DNA from: an uncultured Acidobacteriota bacterium
GTDB lineage: Bacteria > Acidobacteriota > UBA6911
NCBI GenBank assembly: GCA_963843575.1
Contig: CAWJKZ010000010.1
Coordinates: forward strand, 32,001-96,000
Reading direction: 5' to 3'
Length of the DNA: 64,000 bases
In this document: one piece after another, positions 44,366 to 54,050 of the stretch
Position numbering within the stretch: position 1 is the stretch's first letter
How the letters are laid out: each line of letters begins with the position of its first letter
The notes under the pieces: model-generated
What the model was told of the DNA's origin: nothing
Databases searched by the model: none
What the model saw: the letters and a program-made list of their open reading frames with translations, nothing else
Made by a program: the position numbers and the translations under genes

Positions 44366-46051
44366 TCAGGCTTTGGCGCGGGCGACAAGGCTGATGAGGC
44401 TTCCTGCGGCCAGCACCACGGCCGAGCCGACGACGTTGTAGTACAACCACGAGATGCTGGAATAGTAGGCCACCGCGAGCACGGCCGCTTCGCCGATGAG
44501 CAAACCCCAGAAGGCGCCTGAGGCGCTGGAGCGCCGCACCAGGAAAGCCAGCAGAAACACCCCGAGGATCGGGCCGTAGAAGTACGAACCCACCTTGTTG
44601 ACTGCCTCGATCAGCGATCCCAGGCGCCCGGCGAAAACCGCGGCGGTCGTCGCGAACAGCCCCCAGAATACGGTCGCGACGCGCGACGCCCGCAGATAGT
44701 GACGATCACTCCCTTGCCGGCGGAAGTAGCGCTGGTAAAAATCGATGATGGTGGCGCTGGCCAGCGAGTTTATCTCCGACGAAAACGTGGACATGGCGGC
44801 TGCAAAGATCACCGCCATCATCAGCCCAAGCACGCCGGCCGGCGCGTATTTGAGCAGAAAGGACGGGAAAATGTAGTTGACCTCGGCGGAGGGCTCCTGC
44901 CCGAGCGCGCGGCCGAGCAGCGCCCGGTTCTCGGCGCGCACCTGGTTGAAGGCAGCGTTCGACACGGCATAACGCCGTTCCGCCGCCAGCACCCCGACGC
45001 GGTCCCCCGTTTCCCGTGCGCGCGCGAGCTCCAGCGCAGCGGCGCGCCGCTCCTCGAACACCCCGTCGTGGCGCGCTTCCAGGGCGGCATACTCGGCGCC
45101 CACCCGGCTGGTCAGCAGGTGTCGATAGGACTCGTTGAAGTTCAGGGGCGGTTTCTCGAAGTGGTAGAACACGAACATGAGCACCCCGATCGCGAGGATC
45201 AGGAATTGCATCGGGACCTTCAGGAAGGCATTGAAGATCAGGCTGAGACGGCTCTCGGTCAGCGACCTGCCGGTTAGGTAGCGTTGTACCTGGCTCTGAT
45301 CGCACCCGAAATACGAAAGGGCCAGAAAAAATCCCCCCAACATGCCGGAGAGCAAAGTGTAAGAATTGCTCAGATCCGTCGAGAGATCGATGTTGTTCCA
45401 CTTCCCCGTGGCTCCGGCCAGGTGGACGGCAGAGGAAAAACCGAATCCGGACGGAAAGCCGGAGACGATAACGGCGATCGCGACGAAGATCCCCGCAAAC
45501 ATGAGGATCATCTGCTTGGCGTCGATCATGATGACGGCCTTGTTTCCGCCGATCGCCGTGTAGACGATCGTCGTCAGCCCCATCACGAGGATGGTGGAGA
45601 CCTCGCTCCAGCCGAAGATGACACCCAGCACGATGGCCGGGGCGTACAGGACGATGCTCACCGCGAGCCCGCGCGACATGAGGAAAAGAAAACTGGTCAG
45701 GCTGCGGGTGCGCGCGTCGAAGCGCCTTTCCAGGAACTCGTAAGCAGTGAATACGTTGGCACGATAGAAGAACGGCACGAAGGTCGCGCAGAGCACCACC
45801 ATGACCAGAGGCTGCGGCAAGTAGACCTGGATGAAGGACATGCCCGAGCCATAGGCTTGCCCAGTGGTCCCGATATAGGTGATGGCGCTCGCCTGGGTGG
45901 CCATTACCGAGAGGCCGACGGTCCACCAGCGCAGGGAGCGCTGGCCGCGAAAATAGTCGTTCAGGTTGACATTCTGACGGCCGTGGCGAATCCCTTCCCA
46001 TGTCACGTATATGAAATACGCGGCAAGTACGGCCCAGTCGACGAGGCGCAT
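44366..46051 (-). CDS. Sodium:solute symporter
   Basis: SVMATQASAIT, YEFLERRF, DQSQVQRYL, AAAMST; about 13 TM. Confidence 0.93.
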   Translation of the reverse strand: MRLVDWAVLAAYFIYVTWEGIRHGRQNVNLNDYFRGQRSLRWWTVGLSVMATQASAITYIGTTGQAYGSGMSFIQVYLPQPLVMVVLCATFVPFFYRANVFTAYEFLERRFDARTRSLTSFLFLMSRGLAVSIVLYAPAIVLGVIFGWSEVSTILVMGLTTIVYTAIGGNKAVIMIDAKQMILMFAGIFVAIAVIVSGFPSGFGFSSAVHLAGATGKWNNIDLSTDLSNSYTLLSGMLGGFFLALSYFGCDQSQVQRYLTGRSLTESRLSLIFNAFLKVPMQFLILAIGVLMFVFYHFEKPPLNFNESYRHLLTSRVGAEYAALEARHDGVFEERRAAALELARARETGDRVGVLAAERRYAVSNAAFNQVRAENRALLGRALGQEPSAEVNYIFPSFLLKYAPAGVLGLMMAVIFAAAMSTFSSEINSLASATIIDFYQRYFRRQGSDRHYLRASRVATVFWGLFATTAAVFAGRLGSLIEAVNKVGSYFYGPILGVFLLAFLVRRSSASGAFWGLLIGEAAVLAVAYYSSISWLYYNVVGSAVVLAAGSLISLVARAKA

Positions 46052-46058
46052 CGAGTCC

Positions 46059-46178
46059 CTAGCGGTTGAGGGCGACGGTCATCCAGTACAGCAGCAGCAC
46101 GAGAACGCAGGTGTACATCACGACGACGACATAGATCCGCCGCCAGCTTTTCAGGAACGGAGGCTTTTCGTCGTCCAT
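46059..46178 (-). CDS. 39-aa single-TM protein upstream of the SSS gene
   Basis: MDDEKPPFLKSWRRIYVVVVMYTCVLVLLLYWMTVALNR*, ending 7 nt before the SSS start; below the ORF-track cutoff. Confidence 0.7.
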   Translation of the reverse strand: MDDEKPPFLKSWRRIYVVVVMYTCVLVLLLYWMTVALNR

Positions 46179-46303
46179 GGCCAGTTCTCGAATGTGCTTT
46201 TGAATGATAGCCTTTCCGGCAGCGCGATGCGAGCTTCGAGATTCTCCGCCTCGCGGGACTCGAAGGATTTCGCAGAGCGGCCGGCTTTCCTGCTGGGGGA
46301 GGG

Positions 46304-46555
46304 ATGGTGCACGAACTGGTGCCGGTGGTCAGGACTTCGGACCTGACGGAGCTTGTGGTGCTCAAATCACTGCTGGAGGCTGCGGGCATTCCATTCTCGG
46401 TACAGGGAGAGGAAGGACTGCGGCTGTTTCCGGCGGGTGGCGGCTTTTTTGCGGCGAACGCGCATGCTGCGGTGGTGCGCGTACGGAGCGAGGATCTGGA
46501 GGCAGTCCGGAAGCTGCTGGATGCCGCTGATGGCGGCATCCGGGAAGAAGACTGA
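46304..46555 (+). CDS. DUF2007-like small protein
   Basis: KSLLEAAGIPF.VQGE..VRVRSED..A..LL; GGAGG RBS. Confidence 0.75.
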   Translation: MVHELVPVVRTSDLTELVVLKSLLEAAGIPFSVQGEEGLRLFPAGGGFFAANAHAAVVRVRSEDLEAVRKLLDAADGGIREED

Positions 46556-46563
46556 GTTCGCTT

Positions 46564-47601
46564 TTACGGGCGCTGCAGTTCCATCAGGACCTTTATGGCG
46601 TTGTCGCGCTTCTGGCTGACGAGGTCGAAAGCTTCGTTCGCCCGTGCCGGCTCGAAGCGGTGCGTGAGCAAAACGGGGGCGGCGTCCCTCCTGCGTTCGA
46701 GCAAGGCGAGCGCCCGGTGCGTGGCGTTGTTTTGCCGCCGCACGTGCACGACCGACGCCTCACGGCGACGCAGCAGGTGCGGATCGTGGCTGATGCGGTC
46801 GACTTCGGGAATCCCGATCTGGGCGAGCACGCCTCCGGGACCAAGCATACGCGCCGCGTCGTCGATGGACTCCTGGGTGCCGGCGCATTCGAACACCACA
46901 TCGGCCCCGGCTCCGTTCGTGGCGTCGATGACCCACCGGGCCGCCCCGCCCTCGCCCGGATCACAAGTGGCGTCCGCGCCGAGGGTTTCGGCTGCACGGC
47001 GGCGGGCGTCAACGGGCTCCGACACGAGCACCTGCGCCGGCCGCAGATCGCCGAGGGCGAGAAGCACGACCAGCCCGATCGGGCCGGCCCCGACGATTGC
47101 CACCCGGCAGCCGCTGCGGGCGCGCGACAGCGCGACCGCGTGCACACCGATCGAGAGCGGCTCCAACAGGACGGCTTCCTCCAGCCCCATCCACTCGGGG
47201 AGCTGAACGACGCACTCGGGGGGCAGAGCAACCTCGTCGCGCATGCAGCCGGCCAGTTCCTGGGGGTTGCCGAGGAACTTCAGGTTGCGACAGGTGTTCT
47301 CACGCCCCGCGCGGCACTGGTCGCACGAGTGGCAGACGACCGCAGGCTCGATATATACCCGCGCGCCATCCGGCACCTGCCCAGACCCGTCGCTCACCTC
47401 GCCGCTCCCTTCGTGCCCCAGGACGAACGGGTAATGAACCACCTGATCGCCGATGCGCCCCTCGGTGTAGTAGTGGACGTCCGACCCGCAGATCCCCGCG
47501 TACCGCATGCGCACCCGCACCCACCCGGCAGGGACAGGGGCAGGGGCCGCCATCTGCCCGTAGTCAAATCTCCGCAGACCCGTCAACATCAGTGCTCGCA
47601 T
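46564..47601 (-). CDS. Zn-dependent (MDR) sugar-alcohol dehydrogenase
   Basis: GICGSD, LGHE, C..C..C....C, GAGPIG. Confidence 0.92.
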   Translation of the reverse strand: MRALMLTGLRRFDYGQMAAPAPVPAGWVRVRMRYAGICGSDVHYYTEGRIGDQVVHYPFVLGHEGSGEVSDGSGQVPDGARVYIEPAVVCHSCDQCRAGRENTCRNLKFLGNPQELAGCMRDEVALPPECVVQLPEWMGLEEAVLLEPLSIGVHAVALSRARSGCRVAIVGAGPIGLVVLLALGDLRPAQVLVSEPVDARRRAAETLGADATCDPGEGGAARWVIDATNGAGADVVFECAGTQESIDDAARMLGPGGVLAQIGIPEVDRISHDPHLLRRREASVVHVRRQNNATHRALALLERRRDAAPVLLTHRFEPARANEAFDLVSQKRDNAIKVLMELQRP

Positions 47602-47792
47602 ATCTGTCGCCTCCCGCTTGACGAGCTTACCGCAAAGGCAAGACAAATCCTGCGAAAAATCACGGGCGAGCCGCAGGTGGGTCCAGGCCTTCAGCCCCGG
47701 ACCCAATCGCCAGATTTTCCTATCCGCGGAGGAGCGAATTGAGGTAAATGGAGTGGGTTCGCAAGGACATTCTTCGATGAGGCTCGCGCGCC

Positions 47793-49505
47793 ATGAGCGA
47801 GAAAAGCGTCGCCATACAACACCTGCACACCTATTTCATTTTCCCGTTCTCGATAGACAAGCACACGGTGTTGCAGAACCATCCCGAATTGTGGTCCAAC
47901 ACGCCGCACTGGATCGACGGCCTCGACAAATGGATTGCAGCGCATCCGCGCTCCTCTCTTATCGGGGAGCGAATCGGGCCGTGGCGTCGGTCCACCTACT
48001 CCCGATTCGACATGGATTCGCCGGCGTATCAGGACATGGCCTTCTTCCACCCGTTCGTGCGGCGTGTGTTCTTCGACACGGGGGACTCCTCGCGCTCCAG
48101 CGGAACGGAAGCCCTGTTGCGCTGCTACACGATCCCGCTGGACGGGAAAAAGAAGCTGTGGTTTCAGGCCCAGGACCTGAAGGGGCGCAGCGCCCAGGTC
48201 GAGGTCACCGACATCCGGATGTTCCTGTTCGCCAACGGCATCGGCATCCTGTCGCTCGGTGTCGAGGCGTGGGGGATACCCGCCGCGGAGGCGCTCTGGA
48301 TCAACGAGGCGTTCCGCAAAGTCTACGCGTCCTCGGGACGTCAGGTGCGGGAGGGGCGCGTCCCGAACCGGATGGCCCTCATCCTCGAAGAGGCCGACGG
48401 GACGAAGATCGTCGCCGAAGAGAGCTTCACCAAGGGGGAGATGGTCAGCTTCCTGCCCCCGCTCGCCAAGACGATCACGGCGCTGATCTATTTCGCCGAC
48501 TACGGCAAGCAGGAATTCGAGCCGATGCTGGACGAACGGATGCTCGTCTACAGCTACGCCGCCGTAGACCCGGCGTCCGTCGCGCCCGATTACATGACCT
48601 CCGAGGAATACCAGATCCTCCTGAGCCGCTTTCTCTACGTCGATACGGAGGGGCGATCGTACCGCTACGATCCGGAATTCATCCGCGAACAGATGAAACA
48701 ACAGCTGTACCGGCGCTGGGCACACCAAGGAACGTATTACGGATTCACGAGCTATAGCAACATCACCATCACGTTCGGCACCTTCGACTGCGACGAACAC
48801 GTCCTGCGCGAAGGCTTCCTCGTGCACCGGATGTTCAACACCCGTTATTACCTGATGGTGCTGGTGGCGATGTTCTACCGCGCCACCCTGCTGGACTTCG
48901 CGGAGCGCACCGCGCTTGTCTCAAAACGCCTGTTCCTCGACCAGGAGGACGGCAGACTCACGCCGGAGAACATCCGGCTGGCCCGTGACATCAGGGCCGA
49001 GTTCCTGCACTTCTCCAACTACTGGTATTTCGACGAACTCGCCAACAAGGACGAGGAGATCGAGCACTTCGCGCTGCAGTGCGCGCAATGCCGCATTGAA
49101 CCGGTCAAGCGGGAGATCGAGGAGGAGATCGAGAAGCTGAACTCGTCGCTGCACGACTACTCGGCGTTCCGAAACACCGAGGCGGTGAACCGGCTGGCCA
49201 TGCTGAGCCTGATCGTCGGCGCCGGCGCGGTTCTCACGGGGTTTTTCGGCATGAACTTCGGTCACCAGTTCGCCAAGACGTTTTTCGAACCGGAACCCGG
49301 TTCCCTGCTGATCCACTACGCCGCGGTGACCCTGGTGGCCGTCCTGGCCTTCGGCGCGCTCGCGTTCGGCTTTTACGTCGTCGCCGCGAACTGGGCGGAC
49401 TACCGGGACGTGCTGGTTCCCCGCCGGTGGAAGCCCCGCAAACGGGACGAATCGCTGAGTCTCAAGAACGCGCCGTGGTGGGCGGAAGGCGTGGACGAGG
49501 AGTGA
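47793..49505 (+). CDS. Long CorA-superfamily membrane protein
   Basis: About 465-aa soluble N-region, then TM-GFFGMNF-TM (CorA GMN signature). Confidence 0.75.
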   Translation: MSEKSVAIQHLHTYFIFPFSIDKHTVLQNHPELWSNTPHWIDGLDKWIAAHPRSSLIGERIGPWRRSTYSRFDMDSPAYQDMAFFHPFVRRVFFDTGDSSRSSGTEALLRCYTIPLDGKKKLWFQAQDLKGRSAQVEVTDIRMFLFANGIGILSLGVEAWGIPAAEALWINEAFRKVYASSGRQVREGRVPNRMALILEEADGTKIVAEESFTKGEMVSFLPPLAKTITALIYFADYGKQEFEPMLDERMLVYSYAAVDPASVAPDYMTSEEYQILLSRFLYVDTEGRSYRYDPEFIREQMKQQLYRRWAHQGTYYGFTSYSNITITFGTFDCDEHVLREGFLVHRMFNTRYYLMVLVAMFYRATLLDFAERTALVSKRLFLDQEDGRLTPENIRLARDIRAEFLHFSNYWYFDELANKDEEIEHFALQCAQCRIEPVKREIEEEIEKLNSSLHDYSAFRNTEAVNRLAMLSLIVGAGAVLTGFFGMNFGHQFAKTFFEPEPGSLLIHYAAVTLVAVLAFGALAFGFYVVAANWADYRDVLVPRRWKPRKRDESLSLKNAPWWAEGVDEE

Positions 49506-49561
49506 CGCATCATTTCGCCGGCGCCAATGCGCCGGGTGTTTCGGCTTATGCCGCAAATCGT

Positions 49562-49590
49562 AAGCGGCGCCGAGGCGCCGCACTCCAAAT
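49562..49590. repeat. REP-like palindrome
   Basis: AAGCGGCGCCGAGGCGCCGCACTCCAAAT, with an inverted TGGAGTGCGGCGG near 49612. Confidence 0.75.
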
Positions 49591-49663
49591 GACCGGTCCT
49601 TTGTGGAGTTGTGGAGTGCGGCGGCTCGACGTACGAGGGACGCCGAGGGGGCGGGCGCCGGGG

Positions 49664-50366
49664 TCACGATTGTTTTTTTTGCCCGTAATAGGCGGCCGGG
49701 CCGTGTTTGCGCAGGAAGTGCCTGTCCTGCAACGCCCGGGAGATCGGGCCGGCCGAAGGATCCAGCAAGCGTCGTGTACAGCGCGATGCGCGCGATCTCC
49801 TCTAGGAGCGACGCCGTGTGTGCGGCGTCGCGCGCGGAGGCGCCCCAGCAGAAGGGACCGTGTCCCGCCACCAGCACTGCCGGCACCCGTGCGGGGTCCA
49901 ATTCGGCAAACCGCCGGGCGATCACCACGCCGGTGTTGACCTCGTAGTCGCCCTGGATTTCCCCCGGCAGCATCGGCATTGTGACGGGCACCGACCCGTG
50001 AAAGTAGTCGGCGTGAGTTGTGCCAAAGCAGGGGAGATCGCGGCCAGCCTGCGCCCAGGCGGTGGCATAGGTGGAGTGCGTGTGGACGATCCCGCCGATG
50101 GATGGGAAAGACCGATACAGGACGAGGTGTGTCGGCAGGTCCGAGGAGGGCCTCAGCCCTCCTTCGACCCTGTTCCCCTCCAGGTCCGTGACGACCATGT
50201 CGGCGGCCGCGAGCGAGTCGTACGCCACCCCGCTGGGTTTGATGACGACAAGGCCATCCTGGCGCGAGATCCCGCTCGCGTTGCCGAAGGTGTGGATCAC
50301 GAGGCCCCGGCGGACCAATTCCAGGTTCGTTTCGAGCACTTCCAGCTTCAGGTCTTCTAGGGTCAT
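49664..50366 (-). CDS. araD: L-ribulose-5-phosphate 4-epimerase, frameshift near 49760
   Basis: TFGNAS, IKPSG, PSSD.PTH, HTHS, GTTHADYF, HGPF, KHF.RKHG..AYYGQ. Confidence 0.92.
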
Positions 50367-51982
50367 GTCGTAGGAACCTTCTCGTCCGCCCGAGCCGCCG
50401 CCGCCGGGCCACGCGCACATGCCGCGATGCGCCTGAGTGAGGGCAGGACGTCGCCCACGAGTGCGGGCTCGGAATCCGGGAGTCCGAAAGAGAAATACAG
50501 CTTCCGGTACAGCTCGTACAACTCGGCGTAGACAGACGCCTGGTGCGCATCGGGCTCGACGACACGGTAATTCGGGCAGAGCGCTTCCTGCGCCTCCTCT
50601 ACCGTGCGGAAAACGCCCGCAGCGAGGAAGGCGAAGATCGCGGAACCGAGGCTCGTGACTTCCTGCTGCGGCACCAGGACCGGCTTGTTGAGAACGTTCG
50701 CATACACGCGGTTCAGAACCTCGTTCTTTTGAGGGATGCCGCCGCCGTTGATCACACGCCGGATTTCCACACCGTGGCCCGCCATGCGGTCGAGGATCAC
50801 ACGGGTGTGAAAAGCGGTCCCTTCGATGGCGGCAAACAACTCGTCCTGGGCGGTGTGGGTTAGGTTCCAGCCGAGCGTCACCCCGCCCAGTTCCGGGTTG
50901 ACCAGGACCGTGCGGTCGCCGTTGTCCCACGTCAGGCGCAGCAAGCCTGTCTGCCCGGCGGTGTAGCCGTCCAGCGCGTTCGAGAGTGCGGCAACCGTGG
51001 TCCCGGACCTGCGGGCGATGGCGTCGAAGATATCTCCGGATGCCGAGAGGCCCGCCTCAATGCCGTAGTAACCCGGATGTATGGAGCCCTTGACCACGCC
51101 GCACACCCCCGGGATGAGATCGACCTGCCGGGCTATGGCCATGGTGCACGTGGAGGTCCCCACGACGTTGACGACGTCTCCTTCGCGCACGCCGGCACCG
51201 ATTGCATCCCAATGGGCGTCGAATGCCCCGACGGGAATCGGTATGCCCGGCCGGAGCCCCAAACGGGCAGCCCACTCGCCGCTCAGCCGGCCGGCGAGCA
51301 TGTCCGAGGTGGCGTAGCGCCCCCGCAGCCGCTCGCGCACTCCCTGCAGGAGCGGGTCCACCCGCACCAGGAATTCCTCCGGGGGGAGCCCGCCCAGGGC
51401 CTCGTTCCACATCCACTTGTGCCCCATGGCGCAGACGCTCCGAGGCACCTCGGAAACATCGGTGATGCCGCACAGGACCGCCGCCACCATGTCGCAGTGC
51501 TCCAGGGCGGAGACCATGGAGCCTCGGGTCTGGGGATGGTGCCGCAACCAGTGCAGGAGCTTGGCGAAGCCCCATTCGGAGGAGTACACCCCGCCGTACC
51601 AGTCGATTGCCAGCAAATGCTCCCGGCGGGCGGTGGCCGTGATCAGTGCAGCTTCTTTGCTGGCCCGGTGATCGCACCAGAGATAGTAGTCGTCCAGCGG
51701 CTCTAGACCCGCCGCCACCGGCACCACCGTCGATCCGGTCGTGTCGAGGGCCAGGGCCTCAACCCGCTCTCCGTCCACCGACGCGGCGCCGAGCGCCTGC
51801 CGCGTGGCGGCGACCAGCGCCTCCATATGGTCGGCATGTTTCTGGGCCGCGTAGTCGGGATCCTCCCGCCTCCGGTAGAGCGGGTATGGGGCCGTGGCCG
51901 AGCCGAGCCTCCCTTTCGCACTGTCGACGACAGACACGCGGACGCTCAGAGTCCCGAAATCGACACCAGCTGCGATGGCCAT
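50363..51982 (-). CDS. araB: Ribulokinase
   Basis: GVDFGTLSVR, DTTGST, LWCDH, YSSEW, GHK, FDAH, GTSTC. Confidence 0.9.
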   Translation of the reverse strand: MAIAAGVDFGTLSVRVSVVDSAKGRLGSATAPYPLYRRREDPDYAAQKHADHMEALVAATRQALGAASVDGERVEALALDTTGSTVVPVAAGLEPLDDYYLWCDHRASKEAALITATARREHLLAIDWYGGVYSSEWGFAKLLHWLRHHPQTRGSMVSALEHCDMVAAVLCGITDVSEVPRSVCAMGHKWMWNEALGGLPPEEFLVRVDPLLQGVRERLRGRYATSDMLAGRLSGEWAARLGLRPGIPIPVGAFDAHWDAIGAGVREGDVVNVVGTSTCTMAIARQVDLIPGVCGVVKGSIHPGYYGIEAGLSASGDIFDAIARRSGTTVAALSNALDGYTAGQTGLLRLTWDNGDRTVLVNPELGGVTLGWNLTHTAQDELFAAIEGTAFHTRVILDRMAGHGVEIRRVINGGGIPQKNEVLNRVYANVLNKPVLVPQQEVTSLGSAIFAFLAAGVFRTVEEAQEALCPNYRVVEPDAHQASVYAELYELYRKLYFSFGLPDSEPALVGDVLPSLRRIAACARGPAAAARADEKVPTT

Positions 51983-52018
51983 TGTCCTTGTCCCCCACGG
52001 CGCGGCCGGCCCGTGCCG

Positions 52019-53428
52019 TCACTTGTGCCAGTAAACGTTCCAGCCGAGATAGCGGGACGCGGCCTCGTGGACCGCCGCGGCAACCGAAGAGAGGTTGGTC
52101 GCCACGTGGTGTTCGAACCCCCGCTCGCAAATGAAGTGCAGCAAGTCCTGCATCCGAGGGACCTCGGCCACGGCGTAGCCGCCGAACGTGTCGATCGGGT
52201 CTTCGGTGAACCGGCCCTCCCCCACATACGCGGCGATGGAGCCTTCCGTGTCGCGTGTCGAGAGCCGGAGGTAGCTCATCGGGCCTGCCTTGACGCGTCC
52301 CACGCAGGTGCCGAACGTGCTGTCCCTCCCAAGTGTGCCAGCGATGATGTCCTGGAAGTCCATCCTGACTTCTTCAAAAAAATGCTTCGGCAGGTTGCTG
52401 CAATGGAAACAAACGGCCTTGTCGGGGTCGTCCCCGTAGTTGTTGTTCCAGTCCATCAGGGCACTGGGCGACTCCGAGGCCAGCTGCAGAGCGTACATCC
52501 CCAGGAGGCCGCACACATCCAGTTCGCACGCGCTCGGCATGAGGCTGTTGCTCATCATGCTCATCACCGTGCAGGGTACGACGCCATAGAACTCCTCGAT
52601 CGCCGTCCAGCACTGGATCGTGCTGATCGTTACTTCCACCTCCCTCATCCACCCTTCCATTACCACCGCCAGCTTAGCCATCTTCACCAGCGCCTGCTGC
52701 GGAACGCCTTGGGTCGGGACATAGTCCTGGATGTCTCGCAACTTCTGGACGACCGCGTCGTCGACGTCTTTGAGCCGTTGAATTCGGCCCAGGACCTCCG
52801 ACAGGTCCAGCGGTTCGACCGATATCCCGTGGGATTCCAGGATCTTCTCGCTGTAGCGGACCGTGTTGAAGGCGGCCGGTCGGGCGCCGACGGCGCCCAC
52901 CCGGACTTTTCTCAGCCCGTTGGTTACCCGGCAGACGGCGGCAAACCACTCCAAGTCCTTTTTGAAGGCGTCCGAGCCCGGCGCCTCCGTGTGCCGCGAG
53001 GTTAGGGAGTAACGGATCCCATACTGGCCCAAGTTGTTACAGGCCGACATCTTGCCGCAGAAGCTGTCGCGTCGATCGCGGATGGACATGGAACCGGAAC
53101 TATCGGGGGTCGCCTGCACCAGCACCGGCACGCTCAGGCGCGACATCCGGATGGCGTCGGCTATGGCGCGCTCTTCGCCGAAGTTGGGGAGGGTCACGAT
53201 GATGCCGTCGATCTTGTCACGGTTTGCGTCGAACAGCGCGGCGCACTTCCGTGATTCTTCTCGGGTCTCCACCGCTCCGTACTTCGAGTCCTCCGGCGTG
53301 AGTGCCACCACGCAGATCCCGGCGTTTCGGAGTGCTTGAATCATCTCCTCGCGCCCGCTTTTCGCCAGGTGATCGGGAAAGAAGCCCCGGTTGCCGACAA
53401 TCAGCCCCATAGTCATCTGTTTAGCCAT
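52019..53428 (-). CDS. L-fucose/L-arabinose isomerase family protein
   Basis: NFGEE, RRDSFCG, QCW, ACELD, FHC, GFEHH; upstream of araB and araD. Confidence 0.85.
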   Translation of the reverse strand: MAKQMTMGLIVGNRGFFPDHLAKSGREEMIQALRNAGICVVALTPEDSKYGAVETREESRKCAALFDANRDKIDGIIVTLPNFGEERAIADAIRMSRLSVPVLVQATPDSSGSMSIRDRRDSFCGKMSACNNLGQYGIRYSLTSRHTEAPGSDAFKKDLEWFAAVCRVTNGLRKVRVGAVGARPAAFNTVRYSEKILESHGISVEPLDLSEVLGRIQRLKDVDDAVVQKLRDIQDYVPTQGVPQQALVKMAKLAVVMEGWMREVEVTISTIQCWTAIEEFYGVVPCTVMSMMSNSLMPSACELDVCGLLGMYALQLASESPSALMDWNNNYGDDPDKAVCFHCSNLPKHFFEEVRMDFQDIIAGTLGRDSTFGTCVGRVKAGPMSYLRLSTRDTEGSIAAYVGEGRFTEDPIDTFGGYAVAEVPRMQDLLHFICERGFEHHVATNLSSVAAAVHEAASRYLGWNVYWHK

Positions 53429-54050
53429 AGCACCCCCAGGTTGTGGGTCCCATGTTACGCATTTTCGCTCCGTTTTCATCAGCTATCTGGGGGGACGGCG
53501 CCTCGCCGCCGCCACGCTTCGGGATTGCGGCGTGCGTGCCGAAATGTCGCGATTCCCGGTGGCGCCGAGGCACCGGGGATTTCCTCTTCACGGCAAGAGG
53601 AAAGCGCCGCACTCCAGGGCGCTTTTCGCTCACGTGCGCGGCGGGCCACTCCGATATCTAAATAGACTGCAAGTAACTTATCCCCCCGGGGCGCAGGGTA
53701 CCGGATTTGACTTGTGTCACGCCAGATTCTATATTTTGTACGGCCTTATCTCGGGGAGGCTGCTCCAGAAGCTTCAATGATCCCTGCCGCCACCATTTGC
53801 TGGGCTCGCGGGAGAGAAAAGCTAAAACCTTTTGCGGTTTCGAGCATCTAAGTACGTTGAAGGACTCGGGGTGTAGTGTGAACGGCGTCCAGAGGCGCCC
53901 GATAGTGTATTGCGGGTGGGAATCTTCAACTTCGCGCGGCGGCAGCCGCGCCCCCTTGCTGCAACCCATGGACAGCGTGGACCCAGGGCAGGCGGGGGGA
54001 GGGGTGTGTTCGAGCGCTTGCGATGTCTTGGTCTCGAACGAACTGGAAAT

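Noticed and set aside
48921-50930. 669-aa ORF containing AraD
   Set aside because: Artefact of open upstream sequence inside araB plus a frameshift near 49760; the real araD is 49664-50366.
53660-54050. Riboswitch or sRNA in the long intergenic region
   Set aside because: No recognisable conserved motif. An Rfam cmscan would be needed to exclude it.
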